The notes under the pieces are model-generated. The model had not been told where the DNA came from. It ran no database searches and worked only from the letters and a program-made list of their open reading frames with translations. From an uncultured Bacteroidales bacterium (GTDB lineage: Bacteria > Bacteroidota > Bacteroidia > Bacteroidales > UBA932), in assembly GCA_905234475.1 (NCBI GenBank), contig CAJOHX010000026.1, positions 1,338 through 65,337 on the forward strand: a DNA stretch of 64,000 nt, written 5' to 3'. A program made the position numbers and the translations under genes. The stretch's first letter is position 1, and each line of letters starts with the position of its first letter. Of this stretch, positions 31,441 to 40,054 are shown one piece after another.

Positions 31441-33129
31441 ATGAAGTCCCGCCTGCGCCCGTTCTGCCTGCTGGCCTTGTCCATAAACGCCGCCTGCAGC
31501 CCCGGCATCCAGCCGGGGCGGGAGACGGCAGGACCGGACGGAACCGTGTTCCGGCAGATGACGGTCGAGCGTCTGCCGGAGCTGAATGCGCCCCGGAGCG
31601 CCCATCATACCCTTCTGCTCGGAGATGAACTGACGATTATCGGCGGACATACCGACGGCTTCAAACTGATCGAGACGGCGGAATACCTGCGGGACGGATC
31701 CTGGCACGAAGTGCCCATGTATTATCCGCATGACGGCGGCTTCACGGCGCCGCTCCCGGACAGGACGGTGATGGTGGGCGGCGGCAGTGCAGAGGCTTTC
31801 GGGATTGGACAGACTCTGGGTGTGGAGGTGTATGACCCCGCTTCCCACAGCAGCCGCCCGCTCGGCATCATGAGCCGCAAACGCGCCTACGCTTCCGCCC
31901 TGCCCCTGCCGGATGGCCGGGTGGTCGTGTCCGGCAACTGGTATGCCGACGATGACATTGAGATATGGGATCCGGCGCAGGGTTTCACCTTCCTCAAGCC
32001 GGTGAGTCAGGCGCGGACATGCCCCCTGATCCTGGCTGCGGGCCCGGATGAGGCTGTCATCCTGGGGGGAAGGGATCCTTACGGCGATCCGGCGGTAGCC
32101 CTGGTGGACCGCCTCTGTGGGGAGGCTTTCCGGGATCCGGTCCTGGAAGAATGGTACCCTGTGCATGAGCAGCGGTATGCCGATGTGGACGGCAAGATCG
32201 GAGCGTATACCTACCTGCTTGCCGCAACGCGCAGGAGCGACGGAGAGCCGGGTGTGTTGAAGGTGTCCGGCGGCGACATTTCCATCCTGGCGCTGGAGCG
32301 CCCGCTGCCGCGCCTGGGCGTTGACGGCCATGAGATCCACTGGTGGGGCAGGCTGCAGGTCGACCGCACCCGGAGGCAGGCCTGGATCAATGGTGATGAA
32401 GCCGGCGGACGCATCTATTTCGCACGGATCGGCTACGATGCGACGTTTGAGGGCGGCCCGGCGTCCATGGCCCTGTTCTATGCGGAGCATCCCGACGGGG
32501 TGCCTTTTCCCGTCGATGTGCCGGTCCTGCTCCCGGGCGGACGGGTCGCGCTGGTCGGCGGAAAGCAGCCGGATCCCCCGGTGGACGACCGGGTCCTGGC
32601 GTACAATTACATCACGTCCCGCGAAGGGTTCATCTTCCACTCAGAGCTGCTGCCGCGGCAGAAGGGCATTCCCTGGTGGGCCTGGCTGGCCGGACTGCTG
32701 ATGCTGGGCGGTGCGGCGCTCGCGGCGCTCCTGCGACGGAAGCCGGCAGTACCGGATCCGGGACCGGAGGTCCGGGAAAACGAGCGTCCTTCGCAGTTGT
32801 CCGAACAGATCATGCGCCTGATCGAAGAGGAGCAGCTCTACAAGCGGAAAGACCTGCGTGTCAGCGACGTGGCCATGGAACTGGCCACCAACAAGACCTA
32901 TGTCAGCGCGATGATCAACAAGATCACCGGCTTGACTTTCTCCGACCTTATCAACGGATACCGCATCCGCGATGCCCTGGTGCTGATGCGGGAGCACCCG
33001 GACATGCCGCTTATGGACGTGGCTGATCAGTGCGGCTTCTCCTCGATGACGACCTTCCGGCGTTGCTTCAAGGCGCAGACTGGCCAGACCCCGAGTGAGT
33101 GGAGGAATGATGTTGACAGGAAGGGTTAG
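31441..33129 (+). CDS. Kelch-repeat periplasmic domain + TM + AraC HTH regulator
   Basis: Kelch-like LNAPRSAH...IIGG and LPDGRVVVSG; TM WWAWLAGLLMLGG; AraC HTH VADQCGFSSMTTFRRCFK..TG.TPSEW. Confidence 0.82.
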   Translation: MKSRLRPFCLLALSINAACSPGIQPGRETAGPDGTVFRQMTVERLPELNAPRSAHHTLLLGDELTIIGGHTDGFKLIETAEYLRDGSWHEVPMYYPHDGGFTAPLPDRTVMVGGGSAEAFGIGQTLGVEVYDPASHSSRPLGIMSRKRAYASALPLPDGRVVVSGNWYADDDIEIWDPAQGFTFLKPVSQARTCPLILAAGPDEAVILGGRDPYGDPAVALVDRLCGEAFRDPVLEEWYPVHEQRYADVDGKIGAYTYLLAATRRSDGEPGVLKVSGGDISILALERPLPRLGVDGHEIHWWGRLQVDRTRRQAWINGDEAGGRIYFARIGYDATFEGGPASMALFYAEHPDGVPFPVDVPVLLPGGRVALVGGKQPDPPVDDRVLAYNYITSREGFIFHSELLPRQKGIPWWAWLAGLLMLGGAALAALLRRKPAVPDPGPEVRENERPSQLSEQIMRLIEEEQLYKRKDLRVSDVAMELATNKTYVSAMINKITGLTFSDLINGYRIRDALVLMREHPDMPLMDVADQCGFSSMTTFRRCFKAQTGQTPSEWRNDVDRKG

Positions 33130-33557
33130 CGCAAATCCGTGACCACCCAGGAGGCGTCGAGGGCGGCGGTGTCGAAGGTGAACGGGGACAGGTCGTCGGA
33201 GAGCGGCAGGTAGCGGACGTCCGTCAGGGACAGTTCCTTCATGTTGTCCTGCCAGAGGGCGAGCTCCTCGATGCCCTCAGCCGTCTCGATGTAGACTTCC
33301 TTCGACTCGGGATCGACCGTCCAGCGGGTCTTTCCGTCGCAGTAGATCTCCATCCCGTTGCCGATGGCCCGGTAGCATTCGCCCTGGGCGAGGAGCGTGC
33401 CGGACAGCTGGACGGGAGCCGGCTCCGCAATCGTGAAAGCGTAGTTCAGGCTGATGCGGTCGGTGCGCAGGTGCGCGGCGACCGCGTCCAGGGTGTATTG
33501 CTGGGCCGCCGCCGTCAGCGGCAGCAGGGCGATGAGGATGAGGATCCACTTTTTCAT
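33126..33557 (-). CDS. Short LolA-like outer-membrane lipoprotein carrier domain protein
   Basis: Signal peptide; EIYCDGKTRWTVDPESKEVYI motif; ends TDLR. Confidence 0.6.
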   Translation of the reverse strand: MKKWILILIALLPLTAAAQQYTLDAVAAHLRTDRISLNYAFTIAEPAPVQLSGTLLAQGECYRAIGNGMEIYCDGKTRWTVDPESKEVYIETAEGIEELALWQDNMKELSLTDVRYLPLSDDLSPFTFDTAALDASWVVTDLR

Positions 33558-36340
33558 ATCACTGTCACTTTCTTGTCGTCTTCCACATACCAGACGTATG
33601 CTCCAACGACATCATAGCCAAGTTCATGCCAGAGCTTCGCATAGCGGCGAAGCTGCTGGCAGTAGGCGGCTTTCTCCTGACCGAATTTATAGTCCACGAT
33701 GACGGCCTGGCGGCCCCGGAGGATCACGCGGTCCGGGCGGTGCTCGCTGCCGTCGGCGTCGAAAAGGTCTACCTCGTTGCAGATCTCCACGCCGTCCAGC
33801 GTCTCCGGGAACCAGTCGGGGTGCGCGGCGAGGCGGGCCTGCAGCAGCGCGAGCGCCTTCTGCCCGCCCGCCGCGTCCAGCCGTCCGTCGCGCACGGCGG
33901 CGGCCACGGCGGCTTCCAGCTCCTCCGGCGTCCGGACTTCCGAAAGGATGTCGTGCAGGACGATGCCGCGCAGGCGCGGGGAAGCGTCCACGCCGGCAAG
34001 GCCCTCGTCGCCGAAGAAATCGTCTGCCTCCTGCGAGGGCGCGAGCCGGTCGCCGAGGGCGAAGGAGGGATATTCTCCCTTGAAATCCAGCTCCTTGCGC
34101 TCCTGGGTCTCGCGCTCCATCTGCGCGAAATCATAGGGCGTCCCGGCAAAATATTCCTCCTGCCCGCCGAGGAAGCAGTACAGGAGCTCCGAGAAATTGC
34201 CGTATTCCTCCCGGCCTTTCGCGACGGCCTCCCGGCACTTCTTCGACGGGAGCTTCGCGATGACGTGCAGGCTCTTCTCGGCGCGGGTCAGCGCCACATA
34301 GAACAGGTTGATGTTGTCCACCAGCTGGAAGCGGCGCTCCCGCCGGACGGCCCCTTCGAACAGGCTCGCTTCCGCCAGCGAACCGAGGTCCACGGGGTAG
34401 ATGCCCTGCAGATCGGGGCTGAAGGGCGTCCGGTCGGTCTGCAGCGCGCTCCAGTGCACTTCGTGGCGGTACAGGTCCACCTTGTCGGCGAAGGGGAAGA
34501 TGACGTGCGGGAACTGCAGCCCCTTGGCCTTGTGGATGGTCAGGATGCGCACGGAGGCGGCATTCTCGGGTGAGCCGATATAGATGTCCTTCTCCTCCCA
34601 GTGCTTGAGGTAGTAGCGCAGCTTGTTGCCGTTGGCCTGCACCCAGGCCTGCAGGTCGTCCATGAAAGCCTGGATGTAGAGGACCTGCCCCTCGAAGGAG
34701 GCCGGGTCCCATTCGCGCATGGCGCGCAGCAGCTCCTCGCAGAAGTCCACCAGCGAGTGGTATTCCGTGGGGAAGTTCAGGTCCATCGCGTCGGCGAGGA
34801 AGCGGCCGATCCCGTCGTCGGGGTTCTCGAAGCAGCTCAGCAGCGAGACCAGACGCCGCACCACCGGGGAGGATTTCAGCAGCAGCGAATCGTCGGAGAT
34901 GACCGGGACACCGTTCGCAATCAGGTAAGCGGCAATCGCGGCGCCCTCCTTCTTGCCGCGCACGAGCACGGCGATGTCGCCCCACCGGGCGCTGCCGCGC
35001 CGCGCGTCCTGCACGGAAGCGAGGATGGCCTCCAGCTGATCGCTGCAGAAGCTGACGCGCACCTGGCCATCTTGCGGATCCGCCTTCTTCGGCGTCTGCT
35101 CCACATCGGCGTAGATGTCCTGCAGGCCCAGCCGCTCCGCCGCCCAGGGGAAGAAACGGTTGTTGAAGCCGATCACCGTCCGGGTGCTGCGCCAGTTGCC
35201 CTGCATCGTCTCCACCTCGGCCCCGGGGAAGGCGCGCAGGACCTCGCTGCCCAGCAGCTCCCAGTCGGAATCGCGCCAGCGGTAGATGCTCTGCTTCACG
35301 TCGCCCACGATGAGGTTGCCGCCCGTCTTGGACTCGCTCTCCTGCAGCAGGGGCAGGAAATTGTCCCACTGGATGTGGGACGTGTCCTGGAATTCGTCCA
35401 GCAGGAAATGCTCGTAGCGCACGCCCAGCTTCTCGTACACGAAGGGGGCGTCCGAGCCGCCGATAATCTTGCGCAGCAAGGAGTTGGATTCGTCCAGGCA
35501 GAGGACGTTCTTCTCCGCTGAAAGGGCGTCGAACTCCTTGTAGAACTCACCCGCGAGGCCCAGCTGGTAGAGCAGGCCGTCCAGCAGGAAGGCCGTGCAG
35601 TAGTGGCGGTAGGGCTCGTCGAACAGCGCCGCGAGCTCCTCCGAGGCGGCGAGTGCGCGCTTGCCGGGCCTCCTGATCAGCTCGCCCGGGGCGGCCTCGA
35701 TGCCCAGCGCCGCGGCGCGGCCCTCGAAATCCCTGACCCGGTCGCGGCACTCCTGCCGGATCCGCCTGAGACGGTCCTTGCCGAAGGCATCCGCGCCGGA
35801 GATTCCGAGGCGCTCCGAGAGCTCCCGGAACTCGTCGTTCTTCAGGAGCTTGCCCGTCTCCAGCAGCCCCTCGTCCACCCGGAAGCGCCTGCCCTGGGCC
35901 AGGGCGTCCGCAAGCGCCGCCTGGATCCAGTCCAGCAGCTCCCCGCTGTCCTCGGTGAGCGAATCCAGGATGCGGTCCATGGTCTCGGCGATCAGCGACT
36001 CCTTGTCCAGCTCGATCTGATAGTCGGCAAACTGGCCGATCTCCCGGGAGAAGGCCTTGAGGGCCTGCTGGAAGAATCGGTCGATGGTGCTCACGCTGAA
36101 GGCGCCGTAGTCGTGCAGCAGGTCGACCAGCAAGCGCTCCGCGCGCGGGTTGGTTTCGGCCTTCCTGGCCAGGTCCCGCAGGATCCGGGCCTTCATCTCG
36201 GCGGTGGCCTTGTTGGTGAAGGTGACCGCCAGGATGTGGCGGTACGGATAGGGCTCCCGGCTGTCCAGCAGCAGGTCGATATAGGTCTTGGAGAGGCGGT
36301 AGGTCTTGCCCGAACCGGCGCTGGCTTTCAGGATCTTCAT
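33554..36340 (-). CDS. addA: UvrD-type helicase/nuclease (AddA-like)
   Basis: ASAGSGKT, TFTNKA, DEFQD, GDVKQSIYRWR, TIHKAKGL and YVALTRA motifs; C-terminal RPDR...DYK nuclease. Confidence 0.88.
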   Translation of the reverse strand: MKILKASAGSGKTYRLSKTYIDLLLDSREPYPYRHILAVTFTNKATAEMKARILRDLARKAETNPRAERLLVDLLHDYGAFSVSTIDRFFQQALKAFSREIGQFADYQIELDKESLIAETMDRILDSLTEDSGELLDWIQAALADALAQGRRFRVDEGLLETGKLLKNDEFRELSERLGISGADAFGKDRLRRIRQECRDRVRDFEGRAAALGIEAAPGELIRRPGKRALAASEELAALFDEPYRHYCTAFLLDGLLYQLGLAGEFYKEFDALSAEKNVLCLDESNSLLRKIIGGSDAPFVYEKLGVRYEHFLLDEFQDTSHIQWDNFLPLLQESESKTGGNLIVGDVKQSIYRWRDSDWELLGSEVLRAFPGAEVETMQGNWRSTRTVIGFNNRFFPWAAERLGLQDIYADVEQTPKKADPQDGQVRVSFCSDQLEAILASVQDARRGSARWGDIAVLVRGKKEGAAIAAYLIANGVPVISDDSLLLKSSPVVRRLVSLLSCFENPDDGIGRFLADAMDLNFPTEYHSLVDFCEELLRAMREWDPASFEGQVLYIQAFMDDLQAWVQANGNKLRYYLKHWEEKDIYIGSPENAASVRILTIHKAKGLQFPHVIFPFADKVDLYRHEVHWSALQTDRTPFSPDLQGIYPVDLGSLAEASLFEGAVRRERRFQLVDNINLFYVALTRAEKSLHVIAKLPSKKCREAVAKGREEYGNFSELLYCFLGGQEEYFAGTPYDFAQMERETQERKELDFKGEYPSFALGDRLAPSQEADDFFGDEGLAGVDASPRLRGIVLHDILSEVRTPEELEAAVAAAVRDGRLDAAGGQKALALLQARLAAHPDWFPETLDGVEICNEVDLFDADGSEHRPDRVILRGRQAVIVDYKFGQEKAAYCQQLRRYAKLWHELGYDVVGAYVWYVEDDKKVTVI

Positions 36341-39162
36341 CGTCCGCAGATGTTTTTGAAGTCACACCATTCGCAGGTCTTCGGATCCTCCGTCCTGGAG
36401 AAGGGCACGGAGGTGTCGGCAATCTGGGCGAGCAGCCGGTGAAGCTGCTCCTCCATCAGGGTCTGGAACGTCCCGCCCACCGCGACGCTTTCCACGTCGC
36501 GCACGAACAGGCGGGAGGTCTGGTAAATCGAATTGACGATCCGGCTGCCCCGGCATTCCGGAAGGTTCTCCACCATACGGTCGTACAGATACAGCTGCAG
36601 GGCGATCTTGGGACGCTTGGCATTGTCCTCGCCGAAGAGCTTGTCCACCACCTCGGCGGCATTGGCGTCCGTGATCAGGAAGTCCTCGTCCGTGACCTTG
36701 CCCGTCTTGTAGTCCACCACGCGGACCTCCCCGGGACGGTAGCTGTCCAGCCGGTCGATGTAGCCGATAAAGTGGAACCCGTCCAGCTCCCAGAAGCGCT
36801 TGGACTCCACGCCGAGAATATGGTAACAGTCGCTCCCGCTCCCTTCCAGCAACGCGATGTCGCGCTCGACGGCCTTGCGCACATAGCGGCAGACGAGGTC
36901 TTCGAAGATGATGTTGCGTCCGCTCACCTCGAAGCTGCTGAGCGCCTTGAGGACCTGCGGCCGGACCGTGTCCTTGATGCGCGTCCCCTCCAGCAGGGAC
37001 TGCAGGTACGCCTTCGTGACGGTCTTGTCCGGCCTGTCGTACAGCGCCTTCATCGACTCGTGGAAGACATTGCCGATGTCGTTGGCTTCCAGCGACTCCG
37101 ATACCTCGTCCTGCTCCTTCAGGCCGCAGACGCTGTGGTAATAGAACTGTGCCGGGCAGGCGAGATAGGCCTGCAGGGCCGAGGCGGACAGGTATTTCTC
37201 CCGCAGGAGGCGCACATGCTCCTCCGTCTTCGGGATCGGGCCCTCGCTGTCCTCCCGGCCGATCTCCGCGCGCAACGCGAAACGGGCCAGCGGCGCCTTG
37301 AAATGCAGCTCCAGCTGCTTGATGTAGCGGCTTTCCTCCCCGCCCCGAAGCCCTTCGGTGCGGGAATCGAAGAGCAGCCACACGCGGCTGGCACGCCGGA
37401 TCATTCGGTAGAAATAATAGGCCCACACGGCATCCTGGTACTCCCAGGTGGGCAGGCCGAAGGCCTTGCGGAGCTCCATCGGCACGAACGAGGGCTTCGC
37501 GCTGCGGGCAGGGAAGACCCCTTCGTTGCAGCTCAGCAGGACCACGTTGTCGAAATCCAGGGCACGCGTCTCCAGCGGGCCCATGACCTGCAGGCCGCGC
37601 AGCGGCTCGCCCTTGAAGGGCACCGCCGCCGCGGCAAGCACCTTGTCCAGCAGGCGGAAATAGCTGGCCGGGAGGATGGGCAGCGTGCAGTCGCGCAGCC
37701 GCCCCACGGCCAGGTAGTATTCGCGGGCGAAATCCAGCTCCAGGGCCATCTGCGGCTTGTCTTTCAGGCCGAGGCCGAGCTCGGACAGCAGCTCGAGCTG
37801 GTAGAGCTGCAGGGCGCGGATCGCCGCGGCGTCGCGTTCGCCGGGGGCGCGGACCACCGGCTGGAAGATGCGGTCGAAGAGCGGATGCCCGGACAGCTCG
37901 TTCTGGGGAATGTAGTAGCGCTTCTGCTTCCGGACCCCGGCGGCCTTCGCGAGCCCTTCCTCTCCGGCGAGCGTCTTGAAGATGCTGTTGGAGAAGATGC
38001 TCCAGACCTGCCGGTGGTAGAAATACCACTGCCCGTCCTTCTCGCGCAGGTGCATCTGCAAGGCGGCCACATCGTCCATCAAGGCGCTCAAGGCGCTGCC
38101 CGACATGGGATAGCCCATGGTCACGTTGATGTCCTTTATCTGCTCCGGCAGGGAGTTCAGCACCGGGAGGAGCAGGCTCTGGTCGGGCAGCACGACGGCC
38201 GTCTCGATGCCGCGCGCGCCCACTTTCTCCAGGATGGCGGGCAGTTGCTTGGCCTGGCCGACCCCCGACGGGACGCTCAGGACGCTGATCTGCGGCTCGC
38301 CGAGGCCCTCCGGGTCCGGCGTGAAGGCCTGCGGGAATTCGGCGGTGTTGTCCGTGAGGAACTGCGAGGATTTGTTGTGCGGATCGCTGATCCAGCCGGG
38401 GCCGTAGTCCCAGCAGAACTCCGCCAGGCGTGCGTCGCGCAGGCGCCGCAGCAGGCGCCGTTCGCATTCGTTGAGGGCGTTCAGCCCGACGAAGATGAAT
38501 TTCCCCGTGTCGGGGTAATGCTCCGTGAGCAGGTCCGCCGCGGGCGTCTGCTGCAGCCGCTCCGCCACGGCGCGGTAGGCCTGGCCGTCGTAGGCCATGC
38601 CCTTTTCGCGCAGCCGCGCGCCGAAATCCCGGTACAGCGGCAGAAGGATGTCCCAGATGCGCCGGAAGGCCTCCTTGTATTCACCGCCCGTGCGGAAATG
38701 CGACAGGAACGCCTTGAGGGCGGCCTGCTGCTCCGGGGAGAGGTAGCTGAAATCGTCCTGCATGGCGCGCAGGTCGGCGATGTTGGAGAACAGCCGGTCC
38801 GGGTCCACGAGGAACTTGTCCACGTCGCCGAAATCGGCCAGCAGCACATCGCCCCAGAAAATGAACTCGTCCAGCTCCTCGGCCCGGCCGCCCTGCGCCT
38901 CGTATAGCGGCTTGTAGCAATCGTACAGCTCCAGCAGCAGGTGCACCGGGTCGGTCTTCTTCAGCCCGCTCAGGCGCTGGAAGAAGTCGTCGACCGTGAC
39001 CAGCTCCGGCACGCGCATCACCCGGCCCTCCCGGGCGACGCATTCGCCCAGGTACTTGCGGAAAAAGACCAGCGCACGCCGGTTCGGGAACACGAAGCAC
39101 AGGTCTTCGATCCCCTCCCGGGCATAATAATGCCGCGCTACCTGCTCAAGAAACGGAGTCAT
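36337..39162 (-). CDS. addB: Inactive helicase + PD-(D/E)XK nuclease (AddB-like)
   Basis: VFPNRRA, LETRALDF and IDRLD...DYKTG motifs; Fe-S cysteines CP...CEWCDFKNIC. Confidence 0.85.
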   Translation of the reverse strand: MTPFLEQVARHYYAREGIEDLCFVFPNRRALVFFRKYLGECVAREGRVMRVPELVTVDDFFQRLSGLKKTDPVHLLLELYDCYKPLYEAQGGRAEELDEFIFWGDVLLADFGDVDKFLVDPDRLFSNIADLRAMQDDFSYLSPEQQAALKAFLSHFRTGGEYKEAFRRIWDILLPLYRDFGARLREKGMAYDGQAYRAVAERLQQTPAADLLTEHYPDTGKFIFVGLNALNECERRLLRRLRDARLAEFCWDYGPGWISDPHNKSSQFLTDNTAEFPQAFTPDPEGLGEPQISVLSVPSGVGQAKQLPAILEKVGARGIETAVVLPDQSLLLPVLNSLPEQIKDINVTMGYPMSGSALSALMDDVAALQMHLREKDGQWYFYHRQVWSIFSNSIFKTLAGEEGLAKAAGVRKQKRYYIPQNELSGHPLFDRIFQPVVRAPGERDAAAIRALQLYQLELLSELGLGLKDKPQMALELDFAREYYLAVGRLRDCTLPILPASYFRLLDKVLAAAAVPFKGEPLRGLQVMGPLETRALDFDNVVLLSCNEGVFPARSAKPSFVPMELRKAFGLPTWEYQDAVWAYYFYRMIRRASRVWLLFDSRTEGLRGGEESRYIKQLELHFKAPLARFALRAEIGREDSEGPIPKTEEHVRLLREKYLSASALQAYLACPAQFYYHSVCGLKEQDEVSESLEANDIGNVFHESMKALYDRPDKTVTKAYLQSLLEGTRIKDTVRPQVLKALSSFEVSGRNIIFEDLVCRYVRKAVERDIALLEGSGSDCYHILGVESKRFWELDGFHFIGYIDRLDSYRPGEVRVVDYKTGKVTDEDFLITDANAAEVVDKLFGEDNAKRPKIALQLYLYDRMVENLPECRGSRIVNSIYQTSRLFVRDVESVAVGGTFQTLMEEQLHRLLAQIADTSVPFSRTEDPKTCEWCDFKNICGR

Positions 39163-39166
39163 CTCG

Positions 39167-40054
39167 TTACTCCGCCTTCGGAATGACGATCTCGTAGGTC
39201 TTGGCGGACTTGTTGGTGAGTTTGTCGCTGCGCAGCCAGAGATTGGCTTCTTTCAGGAAGAAATAGGTGGTGCCGTGCTCTTCGGCGAAGTCCGTCAGGT
39301 CCGGGATGGCCTCGCTGACCTTGACGGTCTCCTTCACGGCCGGGTAGGTGTAGGAATCTTCGACATGGAAGCCGAACGCTTCCGGATTCTCAAAGAAATA
39401 CTTCGCCGTGAGGATGCGGAACATGTAGCGGGAGGTCTCCGCAGGCAGGAACAGGTCCATCGCCTTCTTCTGCCGCTGGTTGGTGATGCGCTGGGAGATG
39501 CCGCCCTGGCCGGCGTTGTAGCTGGCTGCCACCGTCATCCAGTCGCCGTACTTGGCATAGGCCTCCTTGAGGTACTTGCAGGCCGCCTCGGTGGACTTCG
39601 CAATGTGGTAGCGCTCGTCCACCTCGTCGCCCACCTCCAGGCCGTAGGAGCGGCCCGTGGCCTTCATGAACTGCCAGGGGCCCGCCGCGCCCGCCGTGGA
39701 GACGGATTTGGGGTCGAGGTTGCACTCGATGGCCATCAGGTACTTCAGGTCCTCCGGCACGCCGTTCTTCTTCAGGATCGGCACGACCAGGGAGAACATG
39801 CGCTCCGCCCGCTTGAGCATCAGCACGGAATTGGTGTGGCCGTAGGTGAAGGCGATCAGTTCGCGGTCCATGCGCTCATAGAGGTCCGGCCGGTCGAAGC
39901 GGTAGGTCTGGCCGGCGAATTCGATGAACTGGGGCACCTCCGGCGCCTGGAAATGAATATCCTCGGGAACATAGTTCGCCACCTGGGCGCAGGCGGTCAC
40001 CGGGATCGCCAACAGTGCCAGGGTACCCATGGCAAATAGCAGTCGTCTCATCAT
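39167..40054 (-). CDS. Lytic transglycosylase (MltD-type SLT domain)
   Basis: LKYLMAIE, GAAGPWQFM, ASYNAG and ETSRY motifs. Confidence 0.9.
   Translation of the reverse strand: MMRRLLFAMGTLALLAIPVTACAQVANYVPEDIHFQAPEVPQFIEFAGQTYRFDRPDLYERMDRELIAFTYGHTNSVLMLKRAERMFSLVVPILKKNGVPEDLKYLMAIECNLDPKSVSTAGAAGPWQFMKATGRSYGLEVGDEVDERYHIAKSTEAACKYLKEAYAKYGDWMTVAASYNAGQGGISQRITNQRQKKAMDLFLPAETSRYMFRILTAKYFFENPEAFGFHVEDSYTYPAVKETVKVSEAIPDLTDFAEEHGTTYFFLKEANLWLRSDKLTNKSAKTYEIVIPKAE

Noticed and set aside
33554-39162. Helicase + PD-(D/E)XK/Cas4-like nuclease pair as a novel defence system
   Set aside because: The architecture and motifs fit housekeeping AddAB recombination enzymes, with normal codon usage.
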